Assembly (NCBI GenBank): GCA_964420405.1
Contig: CAYQTL010000004.1
Span: 71,706 to 135,705, forward strand
DNA length: 64,000 nucleotides
Direction of reading: 5' to 3'
From: an uncultured Thermoanaerobaculia bacterium
GTDB taxonomy: Bacteria; Acidobacteriota; Thermoanaerobaculia; Thermoanaerobaculales; Sulfomarinibacteraceae
Shown: in pieces, positions 35,072 through 45,110 of the stretch
How the letters are laid out: every line of letters starts with the position of its first letter
How positions within the stretch are numbered: position 1 is the stretch's first letter
Notes under the pieces: generated by a model
Told to the model about the DNA's origin: nothing
Database searches by the model: none
The model's input: the letters and a program-made list of their open reading frames with translations, nothing else
Translations under genes and position numbers: made by a program

Positions 35072-35776
35072 ATGATGCTGAGTCTCAGAAACATCCACAA
35101 GTCCTACGGCGGCGACACCACCCGGCTGCACGTGCTCAAGGGAATCGACCTCGAGATCGGGGCCGGCGAGATGGTCGCCATCATGGGGCACTCCGGCTCG
35201 GGGAAGTCGACGCTGCTGAACGTGCTCGGGATCCTGGACCGCTACGACGACGGGGAGTACCGCCTGGACGACCTCCTGATCCGCGGCCTGACGGAGCGCC
35301 AAGCAGCCAGGGTCCGCAACGCCATGCTCGGCTTCGTGTTCCAGTCGTTCAACCTGATCCCCTTCAAGAACGCGGTCGAGAACGTGGCGCTGCCACTGTA
35401 CTACCGCGGCGTCGGCCGGCGGCGGCGCAACCGCATCGCGCTCGAGTACCTGGAACGGGTCGGTCTCGCGCCCTGGGCCGCCCACCTGCCGTCCCAGCTG
35501 TCGGGTGGCCAGCAGCAGCGGGTCGCCATCGCCCGCGCCCTGATCACCGAGCCGAAGGTGATTCTCGCGGACGAGCCGACCGGCGCACTGGACTCGACCA
35601 CGTCCTACGAGGTCATGCGGCTGCTCGGCTCCATCAACGGGGACGGCACGACGGTGGTGATCGTCACCCACGAGGATGACATCGCCCACCTGTGCCGGAG
35701 GATCATCCGACTCGACGACGGCGTCATCGCGGGAGACCACCGGGTCGTGCCCGCGGCGGCCGCCGCCACCGCCTGA
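35072..35776 (+). CDS. ABC transporter ATP-binding protein (MacB/LolD-like)
   Basis: Track ORF 35021..35776, trimmed to ATG 35072 (GGGAGA upstream). Walker [10 protein letters not shown]. Signature [13 protein letters not shown]. Walker B ILADEPT. Confidence 0.9.
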   Translation: MMLSLRNIHKSYGGDTTRLHVLKGIDLEIGAGEMVAIMGHSGSGKSTLLNVLGILDRYDDGEYRLDDLLIRGLTERQAARVRNAMLGFVFQSFNLIPFKNAVENVALPLYYRGVGRRRRNRIALEYLERVGLAPWAAHLPSQLSGGQQQRVAIARALITEPKVILADEPTGALDSTTSYEVMRLLGSINGDGTTVVIVTHEDDIAHLCRRIIRLDDGVIAGDHRVVPAAAAATA

Positions 35777-35783
35777 GGGACCC

Positions 35784-37016
<1,233 letters not shown>

Positions 37017-37022
37017 GCGCTG

Positions 37023-38282
37023 ATGCTCGACCTCGACCACTGGAACGAGATCTGGGTCTCGCTGGCGCGCAACAAGGTGCGCACCGCGCTGACCGCGTTC
37101 GGCGTGTTCTGGGGCCTGTTCATGCTGATGGCGATGCTGGGCTCCGGCAACGGGCTGTCCAACGGCGCCGAGGCGGGCTTCGCCGGCACCGCCACCAACA
37201 GCTTCTTCATGTGGGGCCGTCGGACCACCGAGCCGTACCGAGGTCTTCCCGCCGGCCGGCCGATCGAGATGACCAACGCGGACTACCGGGCGCTGCTCGA
37301 CCGGCTGCCGGAGGCCGAGACCATCGCACCCCGCAACCAGCTCGGCGGCTACCGCGACGGCACCCCGGTCGTCCGCGGCGCCAACACCGGGGCGTTCTCG
37401 ATCATGGGGGACTACCCGGCGATCCGGGGCATCCAGTCTCTCACGATCCTCGACGGCCGGTTCCTCAACCCGTTCGACCTGTCCGAGCGCCGCAAGGTCG
37501 CGGTGATCGGCACCCGGGTGCGGGAGGTGCTGTTCGAGGCCGGCGAGGACCCGGTCGGGGAGAGCATCGAGATCAACGGCGTCTACTTCCGGGTCATCGG
37601 GGTGTTCGGCTCCCACCAGACCGGCGAGCGGGCGGAGCAGGACACCCAGACGATCTACGTTCCCTTCACCACCTTCCAGCAGGCGTTCAACTTCGGCGAC
37701 CGGATCGGCTGGTTCGCGATCACCTCGCGGCCGGGCACCCCCGCCTCGGTGGTCGAGGAGAAGGCCCTGACGATCCTCAGGAGCCGCCACAAGGTTGCGC
37801 CGTGGGACGAGCGCGCCTTCGGGCACTGGAACATGGAGGAGGAGTTCAACCGCATCCGCGGGGTGCTCACCGGCATCCACACCCTGGTGTGGATCGTCGG
37901 TGTCGGGACCCTCGCCGCCGGCGTCATCGGGGTGTCCAACATCATGCTGATCATCGTCCGCGAGCGCACCAGGGAGATCGGCGTCCGGCGGGCGATCGGG
38001 GCCACGCCGGTCGCGATCACCGGCCAGATCGTGCTGGAGGCGGTGCTGCTGACCGGGGCCGCCGGCGCCCTCGGGCTCATGCTCGGGGTCGGCCTGCTGG
38101 AGGCCGTCAACACGATGCTGCAGGCGGGCCCCGGCAGCCCCATGTTCCGGCGCCCCGGGGTCGAGCTCGGCACCGCCCTGTACGCCCTCGGGATCCTGGT
38201 CGTCGCCGGCGTGCTCGCCGGCCTCATGCCGGCGTGGCGGGCGCTCCAGATCCAGCCCGTCGAGGCCCTCCGCGCGGAGTGA
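37023..38282 (+). CDS. ABC transporter permease, MacB/FtsX family
   Basis: 419 aa, paralogous to the preceding permease. C-terminus RTREIGVRRAIGA...PAWRALQIQPVEALRAE. Confidence 0.85.
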   Translation: MLDLDHWNEIWVSLARNKVRTALTAFGVFWGLFMLMAMLGSGNGLSNGAEAGFAGTATNSFFMWGRRTTEPYRGLPAGRPIEMTNADYRALLDRLPEAETIAPRNQLGGYRDGTPVVRGANTGAFSIMGDYPAIRGIQSLTILDGRFLNPFDLSERRKVAVIGTRVREVLFEAGEDPVGESIEINGVYFRVIGVFGSHQTGERAEQDTQTIYVPFTTFQQAFNFGDRIGWFAITSRPGTPASVVEEKALTILRSRHKVAPWDERAFGHWNMEEEFNRIRGVLTGIHTLVWIVGVGTLAAGVIGVSNIMLIIVRERTREIGVRRAIGATPVAITGQIVLEAVLLTGAAGALGLMLGVGLLEAVNTMLQAGPGSPMFRRPGVELGTALYALGILVVAGVLAGLMPAWRALQIQPVEALRAE

Positions 38283-38297
38283 GCATGCTCCGCATCC

Positions 38298-38321
38298 GAT
38301 CCCGATCCCGTTCCCGTTCCC
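38298..38321. repeat. HAE single arm: gatccc gatccc gttccc gttccc
   Basis: Read directly, with boundaries CATCCGATCCCGAT and TCCCGACG. It lies inside the plus-strand ABC operon, between the permease and adaptor genes. Confidence 0.8.
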
Positions 38322-38385
38322 GACGGGTCCGCCCGCGCGGTCCGGAACCCCTCCACGACGACACCGACCACGAGGACCACCTGAC

Positions 38386-39489
38386 ATGCTCAAGAAGATC
38401 TTCGGCACGCTGCTCGCGCTCATCCTGCTCGCCGCCTTCGCCGGCACCCTGTGGCTGCTGTACCGCAAGTCCCAGGAGCCGCCGGTCACCTTCGAGACGC
38501 GCCAGCCGTTCGTCGCCGACATCATCAAGAAGACTGTCGCCACCGGCTCCGTGGTCCCCCGCCAGGAGGTCGACGTCAAGCCCCAGGTGTCGGGCATCAT
38601 CGAGGAGATCTTCGTCGAGCCGGGCCAGGAGGTGGCACGGGACGACCTCATCGCGCGGGTCCGGATCGTGCCCGACATCGGCAGCCTCGCGGCGGCCGAG
38701 AACCGGCTCGAGGTGGCCCGCATCAACGCCGAGAACGCGCGGCTCGAGTACCAGCGCAACCGGGAGCTCTTCGAGCAGGGGTTGACGGCGGAGTCCGACT
38801 TCCTCCGCTTCGACCTCGCGCTGAAGAACGCCGAGCAGGAGATCGAGGCCGCCGAGGACAACCTGGCCGTCATCCGCGAGGGTGCCCGCCGGCGCTCCGG
38901 CGACCCGTCGGCCACCAACACCCTGGTCCGCGCCACCACCGCAGGCATGGTGCTCGAGGTGCCGGTCGAGCTCGGCGACTCGGTGATCGAGACCAACACC
39001 TTCAACGACGGCACGACCATCGCCACCATCGCAGACATGGACGAGATGGTGTTCGAGGGCACGGTCGACGAGTCGGAGGTCGGCAAGCTGCGCGAGGGGA
39101 TGGGCCTGCTGCTGACCATCGGCGCCGTCGAGCAGGAGCGGTTCGAGGCGGTGCTCGAGTACATCTCGCCGAAAGGCGTCGAGGAGGAGGGGGCGATCCA
39201 GTTCGAGATCCGCGCTGCCCTCGCCCTCGAGGACCGCGCCACCTTCATCCGCGCCAACTACAGCGCCACCGCTGACATCGTGCTCGACCGCCGCGACGCG
39301 GTGCTGGCGGTGCAGGAGAGCTGGCTGCTGTTCGACGAGGGCGAGCCCTACGTCGAGGTCGAGACCGCGCCCCAGCAGTTCGAGCGGCGGGACGTGGTGC
39401 TCGGCCTGTCCGACGGGATCGTGATCGAGGTCGTCGACGGCCTGGATGCGACGGACCGGGTCAAGGACCCGAACTCGGCGGCCGCATGA
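38386..39489 (+). CDS. Efflux periplasmic adaptor subunit (HlyD/MFP family)
   Basis: 367 aa. N-terminal TM MLKKIFGTLLALILLAAFAGTLWLL. Lipoyl-like VKPQVSGIIEEIFVEPGQEV. Coiled-coil region. Confidence 0.85.
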   Translation: MLKKIFGTLLALILLAAFAGTLWLLYRKSQEPPVTFETRQPFVADIIKKTVATGSVVPRQEVDVKPQVSGIIEEIFVEPGQEVARDDLIARVRIVPDIGSLAAAENRLEVARINAENARLEYQRNRELFEQGLTAESDFLRFDLALKNAEQEIEAAEDNLAVIREGARRRSGDPSATNTLVRATTAGMVLEVPVELGDSVIETNTFNDGTTIATIADMDEMVFEGTVDESEVGKLREGMGLLLTIGAVEQERFEAVLEYISPKGVEEEGAIQFEIRAALALEDRATFIRANYSATADIVLDRRDAVLAVQESWLLFDEGEPYVEVETAPQQFERRDVVLGLSDGIVIEVVDGLDATDRVKDPNSAAA

Positions 39490-39905
39490 TCTGCGCCGCG
39501 CGCCTCGCCGCGTTCCTCCTCGTCCCCGCCGCGCTGGCGACCGGCTGCCAGACCGGCCTGTACGGCGGCACCTCCGAGTGGTCGCGGACCTACCTCCAGA
39601 CCGAGGAGCGGGTCTGGCAGGCGCTGCTCGACACCCTCGCCGAGGAGGGCTTCCACCTCGACGACCTCGACCGGGAGACCGGCCGGGTGCGCGCGACGGG
39701 CGGCCATCCCGACGCGTACCGCGAGGCGCTGCTCGACGTGCGGCTGCGGCCGGTCTCCGAAGGCCTCCGGGTCGACGTGGAAGGCCGCATGGGGCTCGAC
39801 CCGGGCGCCGAGCTGTACCGCCTCGACCGCCTGATCGAGGCGATCCTCACCGCCCTCGACGAGAAGATCCTCGGCCGCCCCACCACCTCCGCCGGCCCAC
39901 GCTGA
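39486..39905 (+). CDS. Lipoprotein of unknown function, last gene of the ABC/MFP operon
   Basis: 139 aa. ATGA overlap with the adaptor gene. Lipobox LATGC. Confidence 0.6.
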   Translation: MICAARLAAFLLVPAALATGCQTGLYGGTSEWSRTYLQTEERVWQALLDTLAEEGFHLDDLDRETGRVRATGGHPDAYREALLDVRLRPVSEGLRVDVEGRMGLDPGAELYRLDRLIEAILTALDEKILGRPTTSAGPR

Positions 39906-39941
39906 CGCCGCTGACGCCATCAGGTGACGGACGGCTCACTC

Positions 39942-40222
39942 GACCCCGATCCCGTTCCCGATCCCGATCCCGACGCACGGTCTCGAGAGGTCGGAACACG
40001 GCATCCGCAGGGGGCGGAGGCACGCAGAGGCGAGGCAGTTGCGGGCGTTGGAGCCCTCTCACCGCCTCGTATCGGCCGATCCCCCGAGGACCGGCTCCTC
40101 TCGCCGCGAAAGGCGGACGAGAGGCTGCCGGACGAGGCCGCCCTGCTTCCCCTGCGTCCTCTGTGCCTTCGACTTCCGTCTCGCCCCGGTCATGAACCCC
40201 ATCGTCGGGATCGGTCGGATCG
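39942..40222. repeat. HAE full copy (about 281 bp). Left arm gacccc gatccc gttccc gatccc gatccc; right arm degenerate (gggatc ggtcgg atcg).
   Basis: Read directly. The interior shares gaggctgccg (40121-40130) and the block pair ggaggcac.cagagg / cctctgtgcc with the 46357 copy. Confidence 0.7.
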
Positions 40223-40243
40223 TGACCTCCGGTCCGTGCGTCG

Positions 40244-41359
40244 TCACAGCTCGCGGTGGAGCTCCGCGAGGCGCTGACGGCACTCGACCATCATCGCCTC
40301 GAAGCCGTCGCTGTCGCCGGCCTCGACCGCCGCGGCCCACCGGCCGACGGCGTCGGCGAGATGCCGCGCCCGACCGCCGACGTCACCCGCGAGACGCTGG
40401 ATCTCGAAGTACAGCGCCGGGTTCTCCCACGCCACCTGGCGTGTGGTGTGCAGCTGCCGGCCGAAGGTGACGCTGGCCACGTCGGCGAGCTCCTCGGAGC
40501 CGATGCCGCTGCGGGCGACCGCGAGCCCGAACGCCAGGTTCAGCAGGTGTGTCATCCCCAGCACCACCCCCATCCGCCGGTCGTGCTCGGCGACGGACAT
40601 CTCCACGAGGCGCGCACTGGTGCCGGCGAACAGGCCACGCACCAGCGCCACGTCGTCCGCCGAGCCGTCGCTGCAGAAGACGATCGAGCGCCCCTCGAGC
40701 ATCCGCACATCGGGCCCGAACATCGGATGGAACGACACCACCCGCACGCCGGCCGCCCGGGCGGCTTCGAGGTCGCCCGCGAGGTGCGCCTTGATGCTCG
40801 CCATCTCGGCCACGACGCCCCGCGGGCGGAGCTCGACCAGCTCCGCGAGGACCCCGGCACAGGCCGACATCGGCACCGCCAGCACCACCAGGTCGGCGTC
40901 CGCGACCTCGGCGAGCTCGCCGACCTCCGGAAACGACGTCTCACCGTCACCGGGGTCCAGCACCCGCACCCGGTGCCCCTGGCCGGCGAGGTACCGCGTG
41001 ATCCACCGGCCCATGCCGCCCTTGCCGCCGGCGACCACCACGTCGAGAGCGTCGCCCGACCAGCGCACCTCCTGTTGCACCGCCTGCTCCTCGACCGCCT
41101 TCTCGATCAGGAGTCGCGCCAGGTCGCGGCCGAGGCGGTCGTCGAGGCCGAGCAGGCGGCTGGCATCCTCGAATCGGCGGTAGACCGCGGTCTCGACCTC
41201 GAAGTCGCGCAGCGGCACGCCGAGCCCGCTCTTCAGCTTCCCGATCTGGCGCGCCAGCTCGAGCCGCTCGCACACCAGGTGCAGGATGCGGCGGTCGAGG
41301 GCCTCGATGTCCCGGCGGTGCTGCTCGAGCAGCTCGCGGCTGGGCGGTGCGTCCGTCAT
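40244..41359 (-). CDS. tyrA: Bifunctional chorismate mutase / prephenate dehydrogenase
   Basis: 371 aa. N-terminal CM_2-type helix bundle (ELLEQHRRDIEALDRRILHLVCERLELARQIGKLK). NAD-binding VVVAGGKGGMGRW. Prephenate dehydrogenase core (SFHPMFGP). Confidence 0.85.
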   Translation of the reverse strand: MTDAPPSRELLEQHRRDIEALDRRILHLVCERLELARQIGKLKSGLGVPLRDFEVETAVYRRFEDASRLLGLDDRLGRDLARLLIEKAVEEQAVQQEVRWSGDALDVVVAGGKGGMGRWITRYLAGQGHRVRVLDPGDGETSFPEVGELAEVADADLVVLAVPMSACAGVLAELVELRPRGVVAEMASIKAHLAGDLEAARAAGVRVVSFHPMFGPDVRMLEGRSIVFCSDGSADDVALVRGLFAGTSARLVEMSVAEHDRRMGVVLGMTHLLNLAFGLAVARSGIGSEELADVASVTFGRQLHTTRQVAWENPALYFEIQRLAGDVGGRARHLADAVGRWAAAVEAGDSDGFEAMMVECRQRLAELHREL

Positions 41360-41517
41360 CGGTTCCTCCCGAGGGGCGGCCGACGACGGTGGAGGGTCCC
41401 GCCGTCGCCGGCGGGCCCGTCGCGCTCAGCTCACGCGCACGCCCGCCGGCCGAAGGTCAGCCGATAGTGGATCCAGGCGATCGCGGAGCTCATGAGCTCA
41501 TCGTACCGCACTTCCTC

Positions 41518-41553
41518 CCTCGTCCGTTTCCGCGTCCGTGTCCGAGCCCGAGC
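41518..41553. repeat. Hexamer array, CGTCCG flavour: ctcgtc cgtttc cgcgtc cgtgtc cgagcc cgagca
   Basis: Read directly. It contains gcgtccgtgtccg, which is also found in reverse complement at about 60086-60100 and, one base shorter (cgtccgtgtccg), near 60349-60360. Confidence 0.6.
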
Positions 41554-41669
41554 AGCGAGGGGATCAGCGGCAGGGGCAGATGGCGGCGACGGAGATCAGC
41601 GGCGGTGGGCAGACTCATCGACGGCATCGCCGGGGCTGCACGGCAGGAGGTGCGTGCTGGAGATCGAGG

Positions 41670-42113
41670 TCAGCTCGACTCCGCCCGCAGCGGGTGGTGC
41701 CACCGCAGGCCGGGGAACCGGTCGAAGTCGGAGTCGGTGCTCACCAGGGTGCAGCCGTGCTCGATCGCGACCGCGGCGTGCTGGGCGTCGGCGACGAGCT
41801 TCCCCGTCGCACCGGCAGTCCGGCATAGCCGTTCGAAGATCTCCAGATGGCGCGGACCCGGCGACACGATCCGGGCGGTGGGGCGGGCCGTGAGCTCGGC
41901 CACGAAGGCGAACACCTCGGCGAGCGTCGACGGGCGCCGGAAGACCTTCGGGTTGGTGGCGATCCGGACCACGCCGCCGAGCACCAGAGTCGAGAGCGCG
42001 AACGGCGACGGCGACGTCGCCAGCCCGGTGACCCACCGGGCGTATGCCGGGTGCTCGTCGCAGGCGTCGATCCGGTGGGCGTACACGAGGACGCTCACGT
42101 CCGGCAGGATCAC
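41670..42113 (-). CDS. vapC: PIN-domain toxin of a type II toxin-antitoxin system
   Basis: 3' part of track ORF 41670..42371. GTG 42113 forms a GTGA overlap with the antitoxin stop. Sequence VILPDVSVLVYAHR...DAQHAAVAIEHGCTLVSTDSDFDRF is typical of PIN. Confidence 0.8.
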   Translation of the reverse strand: MILPDVSVLVYAHRIDACDEHPAYARWVTGLATSPSPFALSTLVLGGVVRIATNPKVFRRPSTLAEVFAFVAELTARPTARIVSPGPRHLEIFERLCRTAGATGKLVADAQHAAVAIEHGCTLVSTDSDFDRFPGLRWHHPLRAESS

Positions 42114-42367
42114 CGCCGCTCCCCGTACCGCGCCTCGTCCTCCGCGACCATCAGCTCCCGGGGCCGGTCGAGATCGACCCCTTCGCGGAGCCCGTCGCCA
42201 CCGACCGTGACGAGGCGGAACGGCCGATCCGGTTCCGGCTGCTGCTCGCGCTTGAGCGCGTCGTCCAACACCTTCGCGATGAACCCGCTGAGGCTGGCGC
42301 CCTCCGCCGCAGCCCGCCGCTTCGCCGCCTCGAGCAGATGTTCGTCGAGCGAGATCGTCGTTCTCAT
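42110..42367 (-). CDS. vapB: Type II antitoxin (VapB-like, RHH/MazE-type N-terminus)
   Basis: Track ORF 42110..42481, trimmed to ATG 42367 (MRTTISLDEHLLEAAKRRAAAEGASLSGFIAKVLDDAL). 4-nt overlap with vapC. Confidence 0.7.
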   Translation of the reverse strand: MRTTISLDEHLLEAAKRRAAAEGASLSGFIAKVLDDALKREQQPEPDRPFRLVTVGGDGLREGVDLDRPRELMVAEDEARYGERR

Positions 42368-42779
42368 GCATACGATCATACCATCATGATGCACTGATGC
42401 CACATTTGAGGTGCTCGGAGGCCGAGAGTGCGCTGCGGGCGGTGGAAGGTCTCCGTCCGTCGCCGGACGAGCCGTCAGCATGGGTGCCGACTCGGCCCGG
42501 TCTCATCGAGGTCAACTTCATCGGCATGGACCCCGCGCTCGGCGACGCCGGCGACACCTGCGTGCTCGAGGACGTCGAGCTCCCCCTGCTGGTCTTCGGG
42601 TAGCTCGCCCTGGTCCGCCCGGGCAGGACGCTGGAGGTCGACGGTGCGCAGGTGCCGCTGCCGCGGCCCGCCGGTCTGGCGCTGGAGAAGCTCCTCACCG
42701 ACCGGTCGGGCGTCCAGGGTCGTCCGACGACGGGCGCCGCGACGGGTGGCATACGCAGCACATCCGCTACGATGGGCCG

Positions 42780-43238
42780 ATGATCCTGATCGCCGCGATG
42801 GGGCCGGACCGGGTGATCGGGGCCGGGGACGGGATGCCGTGGTCGGTGCCGGCGGAGTACGCGCGGTTCCTCGACCGGATCCGCGACCAGACCGTGCTGA
42901 TGGGCCGGCGATCGTGGGAGATCTTCGGCGGCGACCTGACGTCGGCAGAGAACGTCGTCGTCAGCCGGAGTCCGGCACGTGTCGGGGGCGCGCACGCCTG
43001 CGGCTCGATGGAGGCCGCGGTCGCCCTGGCCCGGTCGTTCGGTCGGAAGGTGTTCTCGGCCGGCGGCGCATCGGTCTACCGCCAGACCATGCCCCTCGCC
43101 GACGCCATGGAGCTGTCGGTCATCGCGGGCGAGTGGGAGGGAGACACGTACTTCCCCGAGTTCGACCCGGCGGTGTGGCGGGTCGCCTCCCGCGAGCCCG
43201 GCGACGGCTTCGAGGTCCTGCACTACCGCCGCCGCTGA
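42780..43238 (+). CDS. folA: Dihydrofolate reductase
   Basis: Last 152 codons of track ORF 42411..43238 (MILIAAMGPDRVIGAGDGMPWSVPAEYARF...VLMGRRSWE...GGASVY). Confidence 0.85.
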   Translation: MILIAAMGPDRVIGAGDGMPWSVPAEYARFLDRIRDQTVLMGRRSWEIFGGDLTSAENVVVSRSPARVGGAHACGSMEAAVALARSFGRKVFSAGGASVYRQTMPLADAMELSVIAGEWEGDTYFPEFDPAVWRVASREPGDGFEVLHYRRR

Positions 43239-43266
43239 CCACCGAAGGAGCGCGTTCTCCCCATCC

Positions 43267-43319
43267 GATCCCGATACCCGCACGAGACGAGAAGCACCGT
43301 CAGGATCGGAGAGGCGGGT
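43267..43319. repeat. Short degenerate HAE-like hairpin (gatccc gatacc ... aggatc ggagag) between convergent gene ends
   Basis: Read directly. It carries the left boundary CATCCGATCCCGAT. Confidence 0.4.
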
Positions 43320-43328
43320 GGATGCGGT

Positions 43329-44123
43329 TCACGACTGCACCCGCCGCACCCAGGCGACGATCATCTCGGCGAGCTCCCGCGGGCGCTCGACGACGACCGC
43401 GTGACCGGCGCCCTCGAGGACCCGGAACGTGGCACCGGGGATCGTCTCGGCGAGCGCCCGGCACCGCTCCCGCGGAATGAACCCGTCCTCGCCGGCCGCC
43501 GCCACGAGAGTCGGGCACCGGATCGCGCCGAGCTCGCCGCCGAGCTCGAAGCTCTCGGCCGAGTCGAGCAGGCCGATCAGGCCCTCGAACCAGGACGGGG
43601 GCAGCTTCGAGATCTGCCGCCGGCGCTCGGCCCGCTCCTCGCCGTGGGACTCCAGGTACGCCCGCGAGTACACCACCGGCTCGAGGACGTCCGACAGGTG
43701 GCCCCGGTCGTCGCTCTCCAGGGAGTCGACGCACGCCTGCCGCCAGCGGGCCACCTCGTCCGCCATCGACGCCGTGAACCCGTCGGCGGACGCGATCGAG
43801 ACCAGCGACCGCACCCGTCCTGGCCTCCGGGCGGCCAGCAACGCGCCGACCGCCCCGCCGAAGGAGGTCCCGACGACGTGGACCGAGCCCTCGCCGACGG
43901 TATCGAGCACCGCGGCCACGTCAGGCACGTGGTCGCCGACATCGGCCGGTGCCGGCCCACCTGTCAGCAGCTGCCCGCGCAGGTCGCACCGGATCACCCG
44001 CAGGTGCGGCCGCAGCCCCGCCGCCACCGGCTCCCAGCTCACCGCCGACATGGCGATGCCGTTGAGCAGCAGCACCGGCGGGCCGTCCGGGTTGCCGTCG
44101 ACCAGGTGGAACAGCCCGGCCAT
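43329..44123 (-). CDS. Alpha/beta hydrolase
   Basis: 3' part of track ORF 43329..44909, starting at ATG 44123. Nucleophile elbow GTSFGG. C-terminal GAGHAVVVERP. Confidence 0.8.
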   Translation of the reverse strand: MAGLFHLVDGNPDGPPVLLLNGIAMSAVSWEPVAAGLRPHLRVIRCDLRGQLLTGGPAPADVGDHVPDVAAVLDTVGEGSVHVVGTSFGGAVGALLAARRPGRVRSLVSIASADGFTASMADEVARWRQACVDSLESDDRGHLSDVLEPVVYSRAYLESHGEERAERRRQISKLPPSWFEGLIGLLDSAESFELGGELGAIRCPTLVAAAGEDGFIPRERCRALAETIPGATFRVLEGAGHAVVVERPRELAEMIVAWVRRVQS

Positions 44124-45007
44124 CAGTCCTCCGGCGGGGTCCAGTCGAAGTCGAGCCGCTTGGTGCGGGCGAACTCGAGGATCATGCCGAAGAAGGTCCT
44201 CGGCTGCTCGATGTAGACGACGTGGCCACTGCCCGGGATCGTCTCCCACCGGGTGCTCGGGAGGATGTCGAGGATCTTGCGCTGCTGCCACAGCGGGATC
44301 GCGCGATCCTGCTCGCCCGCGACCATCAGCGTCGGGGTCCGGATCGCACGGTACCCCGGCATGTTCTCCTCGAGGGCGTCGAAGAACGGGTCCTGCGCCT
44401 CGGTCAGCCGGATCAGGCAGTGGCGATGGTCGATGTAGCGGTCGTAGAACCGTTGCCGCATGGCGTCGAGCTGGGCGGGGTCGAGCCGGGACACGAACGC
44501 CTCGCCGAAGATCTTCTCGTACATGTAGTGGGTGTACAGGTCGAACGCCTCCGGGCTGCCGCGGTAGAAGCGCAGCGACAGGGCCTCGTACATCTCGAAC
44601 AGGGCCTCGTGGCTGAGGAGGATCCCCGACAGGACCAGGGTGTGGAGACGGTGCTGGTACAGCCGCGCGAAGTCGAGCGCGATGAACCCGCCGTAGGAGA
44701 TCCCCATCAGGTGGACCTTCGCGACCCCGGCCTCGTCCATGATCAGGTCGAGGTAGCGCGCGAACTCGGGGATCGAGTACGGGATGTCGTCCTTCGACGA
44801 GTCGCCCTGGCCGAGGTAGTCGTACAGGATGACGTCGTGGCTCGGCGCCAGCAGCGGCAGGAACCCGTACCACGCCTTGGTGTGCATGGCGAGCCCGTTG
44901 AGCAGGCACACCGCTTCACGGTCGCCTGTGCCGTGATACTCCCACCACACCCTCTGCCCGTCTCCGACGTCGAGGTGCCCGCTGCGATCCGGCTGGATGT
45001 CTGGCAT
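44123..45007 (-). CDS. Alpha/beta hydrolase
   Basis: 294 aa. Nucleophile elbow GISYGG. C-terminal GSGHVVYIEQP. 1-nt overlap with the next hydrolase gene. Confidence 0.8.
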   Translation of the reverse strand: MPDIQPDRSGHLDVGDGQRVWWEYHGTGDREAVCLLNGLAMHTKAWYGFLPLLAPSHDVILYDYLGQGDSSKDDIPYSIPEFARYLDLIMDEAGVAKVHLMGISYGGFIALDFARLYQHRLHTLVLSGILLSHEALFEMYEALSLRFYRGSPEAFDLYTHYMYEKIFGEAFVSRLDPAQLDAMRQRFYDRYIDHRHCLIRLTEAQDPFFDALEENMPGYRAIRTPTLMVAGEQDRAIPLWQQRKILDILPSTRWETIPGSGHVVYIEQPRTFFGMILEFARTKRLDFDWTPPED

Positions 45008-45018
45008 GTGGTCGCTCC

Positions 45019-45110
45019 GATCCCATTCCCGATCCCGCTCCCGATCCCGATCCCGATCCCGATGCCCGCCCCGTCGGGATCGGGAGCGGGACCGGGATCG
45101 GAATCGGAGC
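45019..45110. repeat. Arms-only HAE: an imperfect 92-bp hairpin with 8 left units (gatccc attccc gatccc gctccc gatccc gatccc gatccc gatgcc), a 9-nt spacer, and 6 right units (gggatc gggagc gggacc gggatc ggaatc ggagc)
   Basis: Read directly. It fills the whole gap between the thiolase stop (45110) and the hydrolase start (45007). Confidence 0.85.

Noticed and set aside
41431-41493. 20-codon minus-strand mini-ORF (MSSAIAWIHYRLTFGRRACA) upstream of tyrA, considered as an aromatic-amino-acid attenuation leader peptide
   Set aside because: It has only scattered W/H/Y/F residues and no run of regulatory codons. The SD spacing is poor, and I could find no convincing alternative terminator/antiterminator pair. 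The nearby 14-bp palindrome gagctcatgagctc may simply be a protein-binding site.
45019-45110. Hexamer arrays and the 49-bp repeat (15362-15480) considered as CRISPR arrays
   Set aside because: The unit length is 6 bp (or 49 bp with near-identical 'spacers'), there are no unique spacers of 25-40 bp, there are at most about 2.4 copies of the longer unit, and no cas genes are present in the window.
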